From the NCBI RefSeq assembly GCF_044371015.1, contig NZ_JBILUK010000001.1:1-51459 (forward strand): a DNA stretch of 51,459 nucleotides, written 5' to 3'. The notes under the pieces are model-generated. The model saw only the letters and a list, made by a program, of their open reading frames with translations. It was not told the DNA's origin and searched no databases. Positions 49,184 to 51,459 of the stretch are shown here, one piece after another; position 1 is the stretch's first letter; each line of letters starts with the position of its first letter. The position numbers and the translations under genes are program-made. The stretch is from Phenylobacterium sp. (lineage in GTDB: Bacteria > Pseudomonadota > Alphaproteobacteria > Caulobacterales > Caulobacteraceae).

Positions 49184-50182
49184 TCAGACCATGATCACCA
49201 CCTTGCCCATGGCCTTGCGGCTGGCCAGATGGCTGATCGCCTTGGGCGCGTCGGCCAGGCTGAAGCGTTCCGATACGTAGGGTTTGATCTTGCCCGCCGT
49301 ATACATGGCCAGGAGCTCGGCGACGCTCTCCTGGTGCCGTTCGGGGTTCTTGCCTACCCAGGCGCCCCAGAACACGCCGACGATCTCGCAACCCTTCAGC
49401 AGCGCCAGATTGAGCGGGATCTTAGGGATCTCACCGGCCGCGAAGCCGACCACGAGGTACTTGCCTTCCCAGGCGATGGACCGCAGCGCGGGCTCGGCAT
49501 AGGCGTCGCCGATGGCGTCGTAGATCACGTCGGCGCCGTTGGGGCCGCAGGCTTCCTTGAAGAGGCCCGCCATGGCCTTCTGGCTTTCCCGGTCGAACGG
49601 ACCCTTGGGATAGACCACGCCCGTCGCCGCGCCACGGCTGATGCAGAGATCGACCTTCTCCTGGCTGGACGCGGCTGCGATCACCGTGGCGCCCATGGCC
49701 TTGCCGAGCTCGACCGCCGCGAGGCCGACGCCGCCGGCGGCGCCCAGCACCAGCATCGACTGACCGGGCTGGAGGTTCGCGCGGTCCTTCAACGCGTGCC
49801 ACGAGGTGCCGTAGGTCATGATGAAGGCGGCGGCGTCGTCGAAGGGCATCGAGTCCGGGATCTTGACCAGCCGGTGCGCCTCAAGGGCCAGCTCCTCGGC
49901 CATGCCGCCCCAGCCGGTGTTGCCCAGCACCCGGTCGCCGGGCTTGATGTGGGTGACGCCCTCGCCGACCGCCTTGACCACGCCGGAAATCTCGCCGCCC
50001 GGCGAGAACGGCCGCGCCGGCTTGAACTGGTACTTGTCCTCGATGATCAGCACGTCGGGGAAGTTGACGCCGATGGCCTTGACCTCAACCACGGCCCAGC
50101 CGGGCCGGGCCTCGGGCGAGGGCACCTCTTCCAGCACCAGGGTCTCCGGCCCGCCGACCGCCTTGCTCAACAGCGCCTTCAT
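49184..50182 (-). CDS. NADPH:quinone oxidoreductase (MDR family)
   Basis: GVNFPD, PFSPGGE, TYGTSWHAL, LGAAGGVG, VGFAAG, GKVVI. Confidence 0.92.
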   Translation of the reverse strand: MKALLSKAVGGPETLVLEEVPSPEARPGWAVVEVKAIGVNFPDVLIIEDKYQFKPARPFSPGGEISGVVKAVGEGVTHIKPGDRVLGNTGWGGMAEELALEAHRLVKIPDSMPFDDAAAFIMTYGTSWHALKDRANLQPGQSMLVLGAAGGVGLAAVELGKAMGATVIAAASSQEKVDLCISRGAATGVVYPKGPFDRESQKAMAGLFKEACGPNGADVIYDAIGDAYAEPALRSIAWEGKYLVVGFAAGEIPKIPLNLALLKGCEIVGVFWGAWVGKNPERHQESVAELLAMYTAGKIKPYVSERFSLADAPKAISHLASRKAMGKVVIMV

Positions 50183-50261
50183 CTCTGGTTCGCTCCCGTA
50201 TCCGTGTCTGATGTTGCGAGTGACCCTAGCGATGTCGAACGGATGTTTGAAGCGGCCTCGT

Positions 50262-50289
50262 TTTGAGATGCGCGCGGCCCGGCCTATAT
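50262..50289 (+). promoter_or_regulatory. RpoH-like promoter TTTGAG-N15-CCTATAT upstream of rlmN
   Basis: Close to the alphaproteobacterial RpoH consensus CTTGAA-N15/16-CCTATAT; 32 nt before the GTG start. Confidence 0.45.
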
Positions 50290-50321
50290 CTCGCCGCTCT
50301 CGTTAGGGACCCGATGATCTC

Positions 50322-51459
50322 GTGAGCGTGACGCTCGACCTTTCCCGCCGTTCCGTGCGCCCGCCGGCGCCGGTCAACCTGACCGGGCTCTCCCGCCCGG
50401 CGCTGGCCGATGCGCTGGTGGCGGCCGAGGTGTGCCCGCCCGCCAAGGCGAAGATGCGCGCGTCCCAGGTCTGGCGCTGGATCCACCACTACGGGGTCAC
50501 CGACTTCGAGCGGATGACCGATATCGCCAAGGAGACCCGCGCCGTCCTGGCCGCGGCCTTCTCGCTGGCGCGTCCGGAAGTGGTGGAGCGCCAGGTCAGT
50601 CGCGACGGCACGCGCAAATGGCTGATCCGCATGGGTCCCGGGATCGAGGTGGAGACCGTCTACATTCCCGATGTGGGCCGGGCCGGCGCGCTCTGCGTCT
50701 CAAGCCAGGTCGGCTGCACGCTTAACTGCACCTTCTGTCACACCGGCACCCAGGCCCTGGTGCGCAACCTGACCGCCGCCGAGATCGTGGCCCAGGTGCA
50801 GGTCGCCCGCGACGACCTGGAGGAGTGGCCGAGCCCCAAGGAGGACCGCCGGCTCTCGAACATCGTGTTCATGGGCATGGGCGAGCCGCTCTACAATCTG
50901 GATCACGTCGCCCAGGCCATCGACATCATCGCGGACAACGAAGGCATCGCGATCTCGCGACGGCGGATCACGGTCTCGACCTCGGGCGTCGTTCCTCAGC
51001 TACAGGCGCTGGGCGAGAAGACCCAGGCCATGCTGGCGATCTCGCTGCACGCGACCAATGACGAGCTCCGCGAAAAGCTGGTCCCGCTGAACAGGAAGTA
51101 CCCGCTGGCCGAGCTGATGGCCGGAATCCGCGCCTATCCGGGTTTGTCCAACGCCAAGCGCGTGACCTTCGAGTACGTGATGCTGAAGGGCGTCAACGAC
51201 AGTCCGGCCGAGGCCAAGGCGCTGGTCCAGCTGCTCAAGGGCATCCCCGCCAAGATCAACCTGATCCCGTTCAATCCGTGGCCCGGAACGGAGTACGAGT
51301 GCTCTTCCTGGTCGACCATCGAGGCGTTCGCCGCGATCCTGAACCGGGGTGGCTACGCCTCGCCGATCCGCACGCCCCGCGGTCGCGATATTCTCGCCGC
51401 CTGCGGCCAGCTGAAGAGTGAGAGTGAGAAGCTGCGCGCCAGCGCCCGGCGCAAGGCTG
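50322..51459 (+). CDS. rlmN: 23S rRNA (A2503)/tRNA methyltransferase RlmN, 3'-truncated by the window edge
   Basis: Translated by hand from GTG 50322 (absent from the track because there is no stop): [57 protein letters not shown]. Confidence 0.97.
   Translation, partial: MSVTLDLSRRSVRPPAPVNLTGLSRPALADALVAAEVCPPAKAKMRASQVWRWIHHYGVTDFERMTDIAKETRAVLAAAFSLARPEVVERQVSRDGTRKWLIRMGPGIEVETVYIPDVGRAGALCVSSQVGCTLNCTFCHTGTQALVRNLTAAEIVAQVQVARDDLEEWPSPKEDRRLSNIVFMGMGEPLYNLDHVAQAIDIIADNEGIAISRRRITVSTSGVVPQLQALGEKTQAMLAISLHATNDELREKLVPLNRKYPLAELMAGIRAYPGLSNAKRVTFEYVMLKGVNDSPAEAKALVQLLKGIPAKINLIPFNPWPGTEYECSSWSTIEAFAAILNRGGYASPIRTPRGRDILAACGQLKSESEKLRASARRKA

Overview
A 51.5-kb, high-GC chromosomal segment from an alphaproteobacterium, most likely Caulobacteraceae (Phenylobacterium/Caulobacter-like), judged from gene content such as timA, cenR, an ntrZ-like gene and DUF3576. 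It is mostly housekeeping genes that tend to lie near the origin in this group: purH (5'-truncated), dnaN, hrcA-grpE, rph, rdgB-hemW-rsmI-yraN, dnaQ, secB, timA-mltA-smr, hisBHAFE, leuS-lptE-holA, yggS, cenR, argE, rfbC, rimP-nusA-(DUF448)-infB, mdh and rlmN (3'-truncated). I see no rRNA, tRNA, CRISPR array, transposase, integrase or prophage. The less ordinary signals are small or non-coding. (1) A cassette between rph and rdgB has a DUF2975/XRE pair flanked by two microprotein ORFs (35 and 34 aa) that the ORF track misses, with PhaR-like TGC-N3-GCA boxes, an ATCG-N5-CGAT operator cluster and a hairpin that hides a ribosome-binding site. (2) A LexA-box promoter has no obvious gene and points antisense into rfbC. 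(3) A four-hairpin candidate sRNA has C-rich loops. (4) There are four unrelated families of small palindromic repeats, one translated as the C-terminus of a glycosyltransferase. (5) The malate dehydrogenase is of a type atypical for alphaproteobacteria, and an OppA-type gene has no transporter partners. (6) Codon usage appears to shift near 27.7 kb. All calls come from reading the sequence and recognising motifs; no database searches were run.
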